Positions 12,601 to 24,512 of a stretch of DNA of 64,000 bases are shown in pieces (position 1 is the stretch's first letter; the number at the start of each line of letters is the position of its first letter). Both the position numbers and the translations under genes were made by a program. Source of the DNA: Oopsacas minuta (Eukaryota > Animalia > Porifera). The notes under the pieces are model-generated. The model was given only the letters and a program-made list of their open reading frames with translations. It had not been told where the DNA came from and made no database searches. The stretch covers positions 140,887 to 204,886 of the forward strand of contig JAKMXF010000003.1 of the NCBI GenBank assembly GCA_024704765.1, given 5' to 3'.

Positions 12601-13729
12601 TTATACTTCCTGAAAATACTAATTGCTACCGTTAAGAGTGTTGTGTTCTCAGGTTCTGCTACATACTGGACACAGCTATTGAATAAAACATACAGTAAAC
12701 TCCTGTTATATGGAGATAACGTAATAATAATGATCCTACCTGACTAGGTATAGACATACTCTCTCATGCGCCAGCTCATCCACATAATCCTCTAGCCTTT
12801 CTAACATCTCTACTTCCATAAGGAGGTCACAAGCTTCACATTCTGCATTATGTTGCATATTGAATGGTACTATCTCTTTAACTAGGTGTATTAGGTAGTC
12901 AGCATCTTGTTCCATCTCATCATCACCCCCCTTTATCTTTTCTTGATATTCTGCTTGTATTTCTCCTGATAAATGTCTAAATTATAACAATAACACAAGG
13001 AGAGAACTATACGTTAGCAGGGGGACATAGAAATGCGAATACAATGTAATTGCAGTGTATTCTATTTTAATAGGAGTATTGTATTATGTAAGGAGATGTT
13101 CTAACCTGATGTATTCATGTCCCCAAGTGCTGACAGCATCTGAAGTACCCTGTAATCTGTATTTCAAACAGTCTCTCTTCTCTCCTATTGTCATGCCAAG
13201 GACACTCAGGACATCTGCTAGCTCTTTCTAACCAATAAACAACAATACATAAATACCTATGTAACCACTTGGTATCCATGATATACCTTGATTTCTCCTT
13301 CTGGGTATTTATCGTATATCAATACAATTTGCTGGAAATGAGGTCTCAGGAATTTAAGAGGTTTGGGTACTGAAGTCATTGAGCTGGTAGAAGATCGAAT
13401 TTGATTTCTCAGAATGTTTAGTGAATTCTGACGGAGCTCAGCCTCTTCATCCTAAAGAAAATAAACAAAAACAACAAACAAATAAGAGATGAATCCACAA
13501 ACAAACAAACTTATTACTTCTAATCTCTCCACCAATAACAGTAGCTCCTCTTTCAATTGTATATCTTCTTCAGACTATAGCAATAAGATAAAATATAAAT
13601 ACGTATTGATTACAAAAATATATTTCTTTAAAGTTTACTTACCAATTCCTCGGCTGGTAACTTAGGTTCCTCTGTATCAGCTTCCTTTGTGGGTTTAGTA
13701 TCAGATTTCTTTTCAGTTTTCTCAGACAT
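6674..13729 (-). CDS. PSMD2: 26S proteasome non-ATPase regulatory subunit 2 (Rpn1), many exons
   Basis: [21 protein letters not shown]; [19 protein letters not shown]; [13 protein letters not shown]; [20 protein letters not shown]; [14 protein letters not shown]|[18 protein letters not shown]; [31 protein letters not shown]; last exon [14 protein letters not shown]. Confidence 0.96.
7807..7973. mobile_element. MITE family A (pogo/Tigger-like, CAGTCAAC ends)
   Basis: cagtcaactcccgg...gatataacgagagtagactg(ta); shares its core with at least 9 other copies in the window. Confidence 0.75.
8055..10358 (+). CDS. GFM2: Mitochondrial ribosome-releasing factor 2 (EF-G2mt), intronless, nested antisense in a PSMD2 intron
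   Basis: 767-aa ORF: [61 protein letters not shown]; basic N-terminal presequence-like leader. Confidence 0.9.
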   Translation: MFTTHIMPLKLLTTYRYRLLLQHTYRHNHMLQVRNVANNENKLVGCSDLTNMRNIGILAHIDAGKTSTTECMLFHAGVVKKIGRIDDGDTRMDFMKQERERGITINAANIAFNWLNRTVNLIDTPGHVDFNFEVERCLHVLDSAVLVLDGTEGVQPQTISINKQMTEWTLPRLIYTNKMDRKNADFDRSIKALRKELEVNPVVYTRPVYINGMFRGVVDLISMIVRIHTKNNIQCFPVNGENGGFNEQLIEMGVNRENLEIIIHSRTKLIEELVSFDENLLEEYFEGKTPSPENLKRLLRSCCVNQQVSPVLCGSAVTNIGIDLLLNAIVEYLPSPLDRIESHFPVNFHHDANSPLIAYAFKVIQDRNRGSLVYLRVYSGVLKSHSHIYRLGDRGSEKINRLLLSQAGDLKEIRAVGPGNIGVAVGLKETQTGDVITSDETILTEITKQIETANDCVTKRTASPSQTWLTNLIKLNVPDAVFYCTLYVDSKEEERELVKALNQLTTEDPSLRYKIDPNNEDLVVSGMGDLHLQILIDRLKHEYRIIVKLGKLSIAYQEVPTIVSKEVYETTSTMSGREQHVEIGLRVIPGGQNIKVVNRLGNEVVISRDQLKAIQNAVRAVCVGGGPLIHGPVTELSVELTDFTCEEVTSLNIVSYATRECLTKALRNSELRLSEPVMKVEIKLSEEYVEAVLADLANNRRGIVKRVLTDARASCLEAEVPLEHLLQYSNVVRGLTSGYGEYSSRFLTYRQVANEHQKTIIDRYKGY
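10458..10579. mobile_element. hAT-like MITE family D
   Basis: ggttcccaaccc...gttgggaactgctg; core ggtctacgaacgacagtaggggg shared with 42112-42224. Confidence 0.6.
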
Positions 13730-14017
13730 TCCACGCTATGTCTACTAATTCATACAAAAACATCACCAAATTAAGAGATGGAAATTTGGTAGAATTCGAG
13801 TCAAAACATGTTGTAACGGATTGACTGCCAGAAGTTACCGTTAAGGAAGTAATGTGTAGAAATTACTACCCATCAGTTTAATGTATGAAATTCGATAAAA
13901 AAGTGAACAAAAAAGTTATACAAAAGAATTTGATACGAAATAGTAAGTGAATCGCTAAAACTTTCCAAAAATCTCGGAAAAAGTTTCGTAGCTAATTAAC
14001 ATAAGATAAGTGCTCTA

Positions 14018-15980
14018 TCAGTTGTATACAGTCATTGAATTGAGTAGTATCCTCTCTAGAAGGGAGGAGGTTACTTTATTGGGGTATAGTCTAGTTATTC
14101 TTTCCTGTGGTAAGGTCTTCTCTACAAGCATAGGGATATCTTCAGGAGAGAATCCTAGAGACTTGAGACCGTTAGGAATCTCTAGACGGTTCATTATCTT
14201 ACAGAGCTGGTCTGACAGACAACGACCTGCATCTTCTGTTTTGATGTTATTCGTGTTTGCACCTGTAAATATATAACACATGAAATAAAAGAAGAGGCCT
14301 TGGGGGAGAATTATGTGCCGAATATTACAGTCAACTTCCGTTATGTCGAAGCTAAAGGGACCGTGATAATCACTTCGATCTAAGCGGAGTACGGTGTAAC
14401 AGATTAAAAGTATGCTACTTTGACGGTTGGTGACCATATTTGTACAATTTCAGACTTCAATATAGCGGCTCTTTCGATATATCCGTGTTTGACATATCGG
14501 GAGTTGACTGTATTTAATGAACAACAAGTTGTAGTATTAGTATGAATGAGATTGTCTGGTTGTTCAGGTTTCATAGTATACAACAAGTCATTACCTATTA
14601 ACCCAGCTAGCTGAATACATCTATCTGGAGCTACAAGTGCAACCTCCTTAAATACAGCAGGAGCTGTCATGACAACAGAAAGGCCGTGTGGAATGATCGG
14701 ATGATCATTAGAATAGTCAGATGGACAATAATCCTTTACAGAGCCAGATAATGCAAAAGATATAGCATGGCATAGATGTACACCAGAGCTACTGAATCCT
14801 ATTCCTGCTAGTAGTGATGCAAAACTCATCTGTGCGGATGATTCTTGATCAAACAGACTCTCAATTGAACCCAGAAAATTATCATTGATAATCCTACAGG
14901 AAATATTTCAATATAACATTAATGGATGGTTTTGAAATTTTGACGAGCAGTTTTTGTCGTCAAGGTAGAATGAGTTCGTATTTACGAGAGTCTACTATTG
15001 ATAACTTACTTCAGAGTCTCAACAGCCCAAATATCAGATATAGGATTAGCTCCTTGATGTTGTGGTCTATGAAGAGGATTCAATGGCTTCGGTGATCTAT
15101 TATCATAACGAATATTAGTGAAAGATTCCAACGCATGACATAGCACATCAAATCCTGAGTATATAGCCACGTTCTTAGGCATTGATAGTGCATTCAGTGG
15201 ATCTACTATAGCTAAATTAGCACATAGTGCTCTATTAGAAAATCCTGTCTTAGCATTTATTGATTCCATTTGGCAGATGGCTACTCCAGTAGTTTCGCTA
15301 CCAGTTCCTGATGTTGTTGGAATACATATAAGAGGTTTTAACTGTTTGAAGATCGGTTCTCCTTTCCCAACAGGTTTATTTACGAAATCAAAGAAGTCCT
15401 TTTCTGGATAGGCGTCAAATAATCTAGCTACTTTAGCTGTATCCATAACAGAACCTCCTCCTACTGCCAGGAACCCTTCATATTGTCTCATCTGAGCTCT
15501 GTGTATAGCTTCTCTAAAGCTCTTCTCTGTAGGCTCTATTCGTACCTATAAACTGACATTCATGTATTCCTATTAAATTACAATAATTCAAAGTTAAGAT
15601 ATATCCCTCACCTCACTGAACACATCAAACTCTACATTATCAGCTCTGAGAGCATCAGCTGTTGCTTTGAAGGGAAGAAGCTTAATCAAATTCTTATCAG
15701 TGAATAGGAGAACTCTCTTCACACCTTTGTTCACAAAATCCATCCCTACTTCCCTAGTAGCACCCTTTCCTATACGTACACTAGGGGAAAATGTTTCATA
15801 CGCGTAATCAGTAGTGATTGAATCAGAAGAAGTTTGTCTATGTCTTGGAGGTATACTACTGTTGAGTATACCGGATGAGTGAGCAGGACATCTACAAGGG
15901 CTACCTGCTATAGCATGTAATGTCTCTCTAACTATTTCTCTTCTGGATAGTTCTTTTATGATACGGACACCACGATTCAT
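14018..15980 (-). CDS. ADHFE1: Hydroxyacid-oxoacid transhydrogenase, mitochondrial
   Basis: TDYAYE..VRIGKGATREVGMD; FLAVGGGSVMDTAK; IPTTSGTGSETTG; GFDVLCHALESFT; GVHLCHAIS; IPHGLSVVMTAPAVF; TLPQERITRLYP. Confidence 0.95.
14328..14510. mobile_element. MITE family A, full-length, TA flanks on both sides (ADHFE1 intron)
   Basis: ta-cagtcaacttccg...cgggagttgactg-ta. Confidence 0.85.
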
Positions 15981-16165
15981 TAGTGATAATTAGATCAATT
16001 GATACTACAGTAGACACCACTTAACACCTAATATGGTCATACGAAATTTACATTGGAAAAAAATTTGTGTAAAAAATCTTTCTATGATTTTAGAATTAAT
16101 TCCAAAACAAACAAATAAACAACAAAACAACAAACTTTGTAGGTTTAAAGACAACTAAAATATTA

Positions 16166-17536
16166 TTAATCTCTAATAACACGCTTAACATATAAATACC
16201 ATCTATTGTGAGTAGGACAAGACTCGACCAGTAACCAACTACACGTACAGAGTATAGCTCTAACAAGTAACAGAATCTTGAATACTAATACTCTATCACT
16301 AACGGGTATATCCACAGGGTAATATGACTGAGTACCAATTGAATACAGCTGACAATTTTGTGTAGTAGAATTTGTTAGGAGATCAGGCCATAGAGTATCC
16401 CAGCCGTCTGAATAAGGCAATGATATGTAGTGTATTTGTAGATCTATGTACATGAGGGAGAGACATATGATAAGCGAGAGGGAGGTCAGAAAAAACGCGA
16501 TCACATTGAGAATAATAATATACTGTTTCTTATGAAAAGCTTCTAATACATATTTCCTATTCAAACTTGGTAAATCTATTCTATCAGCTAAATACACTAC
16601 AGTGACAGTTGACAGGGAATAGAATATGCAATGAGATGGCAATGACAGTTTTGACACGTTCAAAACTGAGTTAAGATCTAGATTACTGTATGATGCTAGT
16701 GTGTATACAAATACTGTATGCCATATTGTGATACCAACCAGTAGGCTATGTGATAGTAGCCCAAAGGTGTGAAAAATAGGGTTACATATATGAGCAAGGT
16801 TCGTACGAGAACATGACAACCTTGAGGAACAATTGGAATGCGGGATAGGGTCAATTGGAGGTGTGTCTTGCTTTGAAACAGGAATAAATCTACCGTCTTT
16901 CCTTTCAAAAAACGCCTTTTCAGATTTCATTAGGAATTGTGATTGCGTATTATGTGTAGAGATCGGGTTGCCAAGGATGGTAGTCTCGGTATGTGAGGCT
17001 ATGTCTTCCACTGATAGGAGATGGATAGGTTCATATGATACATTCAGAGGTTGTTGTAGGTGGACATGAGGGGGCGGTTCATTAGGTGTTACAGCCCTTC
17101 TAGAAAAGTAGCATTTATTATAAACAATATACAGACAGTAATTATACTTTTACAGATGTTCCCAACCTTGGAGTCCATGAACCACAGGTTGAGAACTTCT
17201 GCACTATTATATAACTCACACAGGGGAGCTACTGTCAGTTTCCAGCGGGGGTAAAGGTCTATTAGAAGTAGGCATTACTGTATCTAACTGTATAGAAGGG
17301 GAGTGCTTCATAATTCTACGTTTCTTCTTTTTCCTAACACCAGTGACGCCACGAGGTAATATCGGATCTAGACGTGACGCTGGCCTGGCTATCAATACAG
17401 GAGAGGGAGAACCAGAGGGAGACAGGTCAGGGAGAGGTGTGTCCAGGGCTAAATCAATGTCTTGAGAATGGTCTGTGATTACTTCATCAAGTGACTGTGT
17501 TAAATTCGTTATTATATCCTCTGATAGTGACGTCAT
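16166..17536 (-). CDS. TMEM237: Ciliary transition-zone membrane protein TMEM237-like, 2 exons
   Basis: RKKKKRR basic N-terminus; FGLLSHSLLVGITIWHTVFVY..LADRIDL resembles TMEM237 [27 protein letters not shown]; an in-frame GT-AG intron joins the two ORFs. Confidence 0.75.
17153..17201. mobile_element. 49-bp hAT-like mini-MITE (family D) in the TMEM237 intron
   Basis: TIR cagatgttcccaacc / ggttgagaacttctg; flanks tactttta and cactatta match 6/8, like a decayed 8-bp target duplication. Confidence 0.6.
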
Positions 17537-17916
17537 TTTATATATCTCTTATATCTTATATGTGGAAATAGGAATAGTTGTAAAATATGAACAAACTCTA
17601 CGCTCTCATAACAAAGAGAATACAGTTGTGTTTAAGTTGTATGTTGCATGGATTCCCCTTGCTATTAGAGGAATTATTTTCAATACAAAATGGACTCTAA
17701 CTCACTGAAAAAAACTTCGAATATTGCTAATAGGGAACACCACCATATTCATAGTTATTGGAAATATTGAAAGGAAAACTCAGTGGAGTCGTGTACACTG
17801 GAAAGGGAGTAGCCACAAAATTCACCTAGCCTCGCTTCCAAGATTTCAAAGCTGTATGTAGCCACAAAATATCACAATTAAAGCTGAAAATTGAATTAAT
17901 TCATATTCACAAATTA

Positions 17917-19687
17917 TTACTTTTGAGCTCTAACTTTGGATCTAAAGCAAGTAGTAAATAATTCCCAATTATTCTTACCCACAAATGTTCCTCTCTTCTG
18001 CCATCTACGCAACACGTCTAAGAACTCTTGATAATCCAGAAATCCATCTTTTTTAATATCGAAAATAGAAAATAGAATCTCTAGAAGATTATTATCAAAC
18101 TTATCACCGCAACAAATCTCGACTGCGTGGTTAAATTCGCGTTTATTAACACCTTTTCCATCAACAGTATATATACTCACTACAGTAGATAGATCTTCTA
18201 TGTTAAGAAGGAGGTCACAGAACCTTTCATATTGATGTAGGTCGAATTCTGGGATAGCATTCTTTGAATAATTACGATATAATCTAGACTACAAGGAAAA
18301 CGACAGTAAATATGTGTAATAAGGATATATCGAAGTCTTAAATTGTACAAATATGGTCACAAACCGTCAAAGAAACATAATCTCACCGGTATCTCGGGGA
18401 GTAATTATCGCGGTCCTTGAACTTCGATATAACCAATCAAATATATGTCACTTGGAATGTTTGGGAGCATATTTGTACAATTTAAGACTTGGATATAACG
18501 GGGAGTTGACTGTACATACGAACTTTAATTTCCTTCATAGACAAGCAACTATATCTCATAATTAACTTCGCAAAATCCTCCCCTGATATAGTTTTATTGC
18601 CTTTAGCATATACATTAAACTCATAAAGCAGGACTTCCTTCTGGAAAGCATCAATGAATGTAGAAAACTCATCAAACGATAGAGTTCCCTTTCCATCAGT
18701 TCCGAACAGATGTACCAGTAGAGACGACTGTACGCCTGTAGTCCTAGGATCCAGGAGCTCAGGAACATTCCCTAACATAGAATTCTGTACCTGAATAAAC
18801 TCACTAAGCTCTATACATCCGTTACAGTCTCTATCGTATATACTGAATGCTATCTTGAAATGATGATTACACTTAGCAAGAGTTGATACGAGGAATCTAT
18901 ATAATAGGCAAATATTGTGTATGTTAATACCACACAAATTCTATGAATACAAACCCCTTGTGAACGAGATATACGGTTTATGCTGGATATTAGCACCATC
19001 CTCTGGAAAATGGTTCTCATATATTCCTGTATATTTTATTTCGGCTATATGAACATGTATTGCTACTCCTAAGGGTGTTCTTATAACCGGCATCCACTGT
19101 ATCTCACTATTTCCCTATGACGTAATCACTTAAACTCACCTATAATCTGGATATGACAGTATACCATCATTCCAAATATTCTTCAAGAATCCCTCATGAT
19201 TTCTCTCCCTATTAGATGACGTCAAATCCGACCATTTATTAACCTGTTTGGTATCTACCTTATTAACAGAGTGTGCATTCTTATCAAGTGTTGGGACTTG
19301 TGTTACTAAGCGGATAAAACTAGCAGGAGACATGTACAGAACTCCCTGGTATAAATAGGTCGAATTTTCTGCGAAAATTCTCTCCTGTTTCGTCAATTTT
19401 GAATCACCAACTAGTTCATTTGCGTGGAATGTTTGTTGTGTGTGTATATTTGTTGTTGATAAGTTTGGTTGTTTACTTTCGCGTTTTGTATATAAATACA
19501 AAGTAACACCTCCCCCGAGTAACAGGGCAAGGATTATCAGTCGGTTAGATGTATATTTCGAGGAAGTTGTGTCTAGGATTTGAGTTGTGGACTTCGTGTG
19601 TATTTTGTTGAATTTATAAGAATTGTTGGGTTGAAATTGTGATAAGTTTGTGAGAAGTGAATAACGAGATATTAGAAATCTAGACAT
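17917..19687 (-). CDS. Mitochondrial calcium uptake protein, MICU2/3-like (EF-hands), multi-exon
   Basis: Presequence plus TM segment; LYMSPASF; GILSYPDYRFLVSTLAK..FKIAFSIYDRDCNGCIELSEF; IFDIKKDGFLDYQEF; C-terminal FTTCFRSKV. Confidence 0.85.
18301..18512. mobile_element. MITE family A (rearranged copy) in a MICU intron
   Basis: ttaaattgtacaaatatggtcac core; right end gatataacggggagttgactg-ta. Confidence 0.65.
18973..19099. mobile_element. MITE family B (CAGTGGATGC ends) in a MICU intron
   Basis: accatcctctggaaaatggttctcatatattcctg...gggtgttcttataaccggcatccactg-ta; near-identical to 48410-48525. Confidence 0.75.
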
Positions 19688-20144
19688 CTCATATGGTAAG
19701 CTTTTATAACTGGAAATATAGCAGGAAATGACAGATAATTTCGGTGGGACATTCCGAAAAAACTGGGGTATTTAGGGAGGCCCAGCCCCTCGGGACTACG
19801 CCTATGGGATACCCGTGTGTGTGCAGGGCCACCGTAAGAGCGTCACCAGGATCATTCAGCTTCCTAGTCGGATTGCAGCTGGTTGGGAAGTAGGGAGAAT
19901 GAATGATGGACAGCAATATACGGTTAGTATGACGTCATAAAACAATGAATATACGTAAATAAAATCAACATTGCATAGATCCTAATTCACATATAATCAC
20001 ACATTTTGTAATAATTATCTTCTAATAGCAAATAACAAGGAAAAGAACAATAAATTCAATTTTTGGGGAGAAATAATACAAAATACTACACACATCTGAA
20101 TGGAAGCTTAAAATAGCAGTTAAAAAGGATACCAGTAGAGTATA

Positions 20145-20993
20145 CTAATAATGCTGATAAACAGTAAAGTTCAATACGATATTGATACCAATAATGATAC
20201 AAGACAGAGCTATGCCAAATCCTGCGAATATCCTTGCTACCCTCGCGTTAGTCAGGGCCTCAGCATAGCGTCCATTCTCTTGATCAGAGCTAGCCATTAT
20301 GAGGAAGCAAAGAGCAATACATCCTAAGATAGGACAGAACAGTATAGCGATAATTACGTATATCCAAAGGAAAGGGTTCACTACTACTTGACGAATAGGT
20401 GGAGTCAAATATACCTAAATAGAAAATGACGTCAGTATTGTAAAGCTATTCAGTAAACTCCCATTATAAGAAGTGAATACCGCATATAGCTTCAAAGTAA
20501 TTGATTTACCCAGCTTACAACGAATGAAGCAGGGTCCCGAGTAAGTAATAATGAGAGTTTAGTGTTAGAAATATTATGGAAAACAGGACACTTAAAATCC
20601 ATAATTATTAAATTTGTATACAGTCAACTTCCGTTATACCGAAGCTCAAGTGACCGCGATATAACCTATGAAAATATGTGACCATATCTGTACAATTTAG
20701 ACTTATACGTAAGCAGGTATATCAATATATCCGTGTTAGATAAAATGGGAGTTGAGTGTATATTATTCTACGAACTCTACCTGTGTAGTAGGCACAGTCC
20801 TCTCAGTCACAATAACGGTACGAGTTGTACCATGCACTGGTGGTTGGTGAGGATATTCAGGTGTTACTGTGCCCTGATAAGGAGGGGGTGGGGCATTTGC
20901 GTAGGCATTAGGCCCTGGCTGTTGGTAACGAGGTTGCTGGGAACCTGAATAGGTAGGGGGAGCGTATTCTGGGATTAATTTATCAGTAGACAT
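20145..20993 (-). CDS. CD225/dispanin-family membrane protein (IFITM/PRRT/TMEM233-like), 2 exons
   Basis: Pro-rich N-terminus (PPTY, PPPY), then NPFLWIYVIIAILFCPILGCIALCFLIMASSDQENGRYAEALTNARVARIFAGFGI. Confidence 0.78.
20621..20758. mobile_element. MITE family A with TA flanks (dispanin intron)
   Basis: ta-cagtcaacttccg...gggagttgagtg-ta. Confidence 0.8.
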
Positions 20994-21385
20994 CTTAAGC
21001 AGATAAGCTAATATAATATTAAGTAATAAAACAAGCAATTATCCCTTTTATACTATCTCTTATCTTAGGCCACTTTTAATGACGTCATTCAATTAATATA
21101 GCTGCAAATCAGATATAGTAAGAAGCTATAAGATATGTGTATTTATAGAATTCAAGTATCCGTTCCATTTCCAACTTTAAACTTTAAGCAAACATCACTC
21201 TTAATACTATTGTATCATCATTATATAATATTATAAATATATTGCTCTATTAGAGGATTACGGAGAGATAACTCAGATAAAATGTACTGCTTCCTGCAAA
21301 CAAGGAAATCCTAATCATTCGATACAATATCTATTCGAATAAGACGTACACTCGGATAGTACGTAATAAATTTGTTTCTCGAAGG

Positions 21386-21471
21386 TAGTGAAACTTCCAC
21401 AAAAGGGGGGCCTGTGGGAACAGGGAAGCATTTTCGGCGTCACTAGCACCACGTTAGTGGAGGTTACACTG
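21386..21471. mobile_element. MITE family C copy
   Basis: tagtgaaacttccac...gtggaggttacactg-ta. Confidence 0.65.
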
Positions 21472-21652
21472 TATTGCACATTTCAACGGTAGTACGTATG
21501 ATTCTAATTAAAATTACAAAAGTCTTTCTATCGCTAACTTATCATTAATAATAATAAGATGGTAGTACACAGTAATTATCGACCTATTCAACCCTACAGG
21601 ATTATAACAAAGTGAATAACAATTATCACATGAATACATGACGTCATAATAA

Positions 21653-22150
21653 TTAATTCTTCTCGCCTTCCCTCTCTTCCACAAGTTCATAGTTCTCCCA
21701 TTCCCAATCGATCTGCCTCTCCAAATCAGGTTTATCGGCTAAATACTCATCAACTGTCATATCTTCTATCGGTTTCATATTATTGATTCGGACAACTTCT
21801 GCCTTATACTCCTCAGCTCTTTGTTTCGATTCCTCTAATAACCTGACTGCTTCTTTCTCCATTTCTACTTTCTTTTGTTCTATCTTATCGCTCTCAGTGT
21901 CTTTAGGGAATTGTATTTTTAGCTGGTCAAACTGTTTCTTGAAATCGGCGACTATCGCGGATTTTGACACATTAGTTTGGTAGAAAGACCAATCTATAGT
22001 AGTCGGCCTTTCGGTGTAGTTTGTGTTTTGAGTTTGGAGAGATTCGTACTTTGCTCTCAAACTCATGTAATCACCCCGAGCCTCTTTAGGGACACGAGAT
22101 AGAATGCGTGACCAATCAAATACTCGCTTTCCAACCGTTTTACTTGCCAT
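21653..22150 (-). CDS. ATP5PD: ATP synthase subunit d, mitochondrial (intronless)
   Basis: FDWSRI; PTTIDWSFYQ..IVADFKKQF..IQFPKD; MKPIEDMTVDEY. Confidence 0.93.
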   Translation of the reverse strand: MASKTVGKRVFDWSRILSRVPKEARGDYMSLRAKYESLQTQNTNYTERPTTIDWSFYQTNVSKSAIVADFKKQFDQLKIQFPKDTESDKIEQKKVEMEKEAVRLLEESKQRAEEYKAEVVRINNMKPIEDMTVDEYLADKPDLERQIDWEWENYELVEEREGEKN

Positions 22151-22643
22151 AAACCTAATTCAGTTTATTTGAAATATTAATATACTTGAATATATCGTAT
22201 ATGTATAAGCAAGATTGCTGGACAAAATTGCGCTTTTCAGCTAACAAATATGACTCATTATGTTCAAAAACAGGATAATTGGCATTTAAAGACTTTATCA
22301 CGCTTATATCTCATAATTCCAAATGCTACACCCCCCCATGAATATTTATTAGAAAAATCACTAGATCAAGGTACAGGGCTTCATCTAGCGGTCTATTCCT
22401 CTCCCCCGTGATTTCCATTGCCCAATCCTTTTCAAAATTTCCAGCGAGATACGAAGTGAGATCCTGGGATACCCTGACTATACACATCCCCTATAAAATG
22501 AGAACATACAACAGTAGATGATTGAATGAATTGAGATCTTAATTAAACCTAATATTAATTATTCGTGTACCACACACACATACAGAAATCCTCAGTCCAC
22601 ACACGTAACAGAATGTCACAAATATTGTGTGGATAGTGTGTGT

Positions 22644-23405
22644 CTATGTAGGAACTTTCTTATAACTTTTTAGTATTGGATAAATATTCTCGAATGCATC
22701 GTAGATTTCTTGCCTTACTTTAGCTCCTGTCAATACGACTTTACCCGATACGAATATTAGTAGTACAATCTTTGGTGTGTACATTCTGTATATTAGTCCG
22801 GGGAATAGCTCAGGTTCATAGCTAGAGAATTGTGAATGAGCAAATACGAGGCCTTCTAAACGAATAGGGAATTTTACGTCACAACTACCTACAATGTTTT
22901 GTATCTTAAAATCTTTGAATTTAGCAGGGAAACCGAGTTTTTGGATAACACGTGCGTATTTTCTCGCAGCTAATTTGGACTTTTCCTCGTCCTTTGCCCC
23001 TGTACATACCATTTTACCAGATGAAAAGATAAGTGCGGTTGTTCTAGGATCTCGGATTCTCATAATAACTGCCGCAAAACGTTTTGGATTATATTCAGCA
23101 TTCCTCGCGTGTAAGGCAATCTTTTTCAATTCCAATTTACAGCCTAGATTCACAGTAGATACGATATTTTGTAGTTGAGGCACTATACCAGATGATACGT
23201 TTGTACCAAAAGGGGAAGCTGGACTCTGGCTAAACAGACTGCTGGGGGAGTTCTGAAAATGTGCGGGGGACGGATAAATCGCAGAAGGATTGGGTGACTC
23301 CCTCACAGCATAGCGGGATGAATGAGGTGTCAAGGCGTTGGATGGGAAATCATCATCAATAGCTTGAGACGATGTCGGCTTAGTGAAATGATTTGAAGAT
23401 GCCAT
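22644..23405 (-). CDS. TBP: TATA-box binding protein (intronless CDS)
   Basis: [67 protein letters not shown]. Confidence 0.98.
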   Translation of the reverse strand: MASSNHFTKPTSSQAIDDDFPSNALTPHSSRYAVRESPNPSAIYPSPAHFQNSPSSLFSQSPASPFGTNVSSGIVPQLQNIVSTVNLGCKLELKKIALHARNAEYNPKRFAAVIMRIRDPRTTALIFSSGKMVCTGAKDEEKSKLAARKYARVIQKLGFPAKFKDFKIQNIVGSCDVKFPIRLEGLVFAHSQFSSYEPELFPGLIYRMYTPKIVLLIFVSGKVVLTGAKVRQEIYDAFENIYPILKSYKKVPT

Positions 23406-24061
23406 TCTGAATTAATAATTAAGAAGACAAAAATACATATATGTATATCAGTGCAATGTAATCTCTATATAGCAATAGGAGATTGTAAACTGTAAATTCC
23501 ACCGTTATAAATATGATTAAACTAGACACAACTCGACACAGATCTACTATCTCAAGTTAAAATGAGTAGAAACACTTTTATACAATATATGCTTGTTAAA
23601 ACGTGGTGTATAGTAGGAATGGTTACACTACACTAGACAAGGAGAATAGAAAACTTTTGATAAACTTCATTGCTAATACATTAAGGATCAAGGCAGTGGA
23701 CAAATATATCATTCCTATTGCTATAGGATATGTGTGGTAAGTTCCTTAAACGTGAAGTCTGTTTATTATTAACAAGATTTTTGGTCCCGTGAGGGTTCAC
23801 AATAAGCAACCCTGATTGTATTGCAATAAAATAGGAAATAATGGCATTCCGTTCCTTTGCAAATTGTATTCAAACTCTCCTAAGCCAGCTAAAAACCTCC
23901 CAAGTGCTCATAAAATCACAAACTACCTCTAGGTGAAGCTCAGAATAAATCCAAGAAAATGAGAGATTTTTGCAATGAAACAATACAATCAATCAAAAAT
24001 CTGTTTTATGGAAAACTTCTAAACAATAAATTCCTATGAGAAGTTATATAACTGTATAAGA

Positions 24062-24179
24062 CAGCAGTTCCCAACCTTTTTCCTCGTTGACCCCCTATCC
24101 AATTTTAACACATTCTGTGGATCCCATTGTCGTCTGTGGGCCACCAAGGGGTTCATGGACCCCAGGCTGGGGACAGCTG
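24062..24179. mobile_element. hAT-like MITE family D
   Basis: TIR cagcagttcccaacc / ggctggggacagctg; flanks gtataaga and gtaccaga match 6/8. Confidence 0.65.
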
Positions 24180-24512
24180 GTACCAGATGTATCAGACATG
24201 GACAAGGTAATCTATTAGATTTTATAGCCATTTTAGTTTATGATAAAAGTACAAAATACTACACAAAGATATTATGACGTAACAATATACGGGTGTAGTA
24301 TATATTAATAGTACGAGAATGAGCCTCAAATAGAATCAAACAGCACACAAATAATAATAGCACAAATATTAAAAAGTACTAGAAATAGGAACATACTGAT
24401 AAGCTGAGCTAGTTAGAGAGTGACTAAGCAACTAATCTCTAAGCGGAGAGTATTTTACATTGAATATTCAGAATATCTACACCTGATGGTCGAGAGGAAG
24501 GAACGAGGAGGT

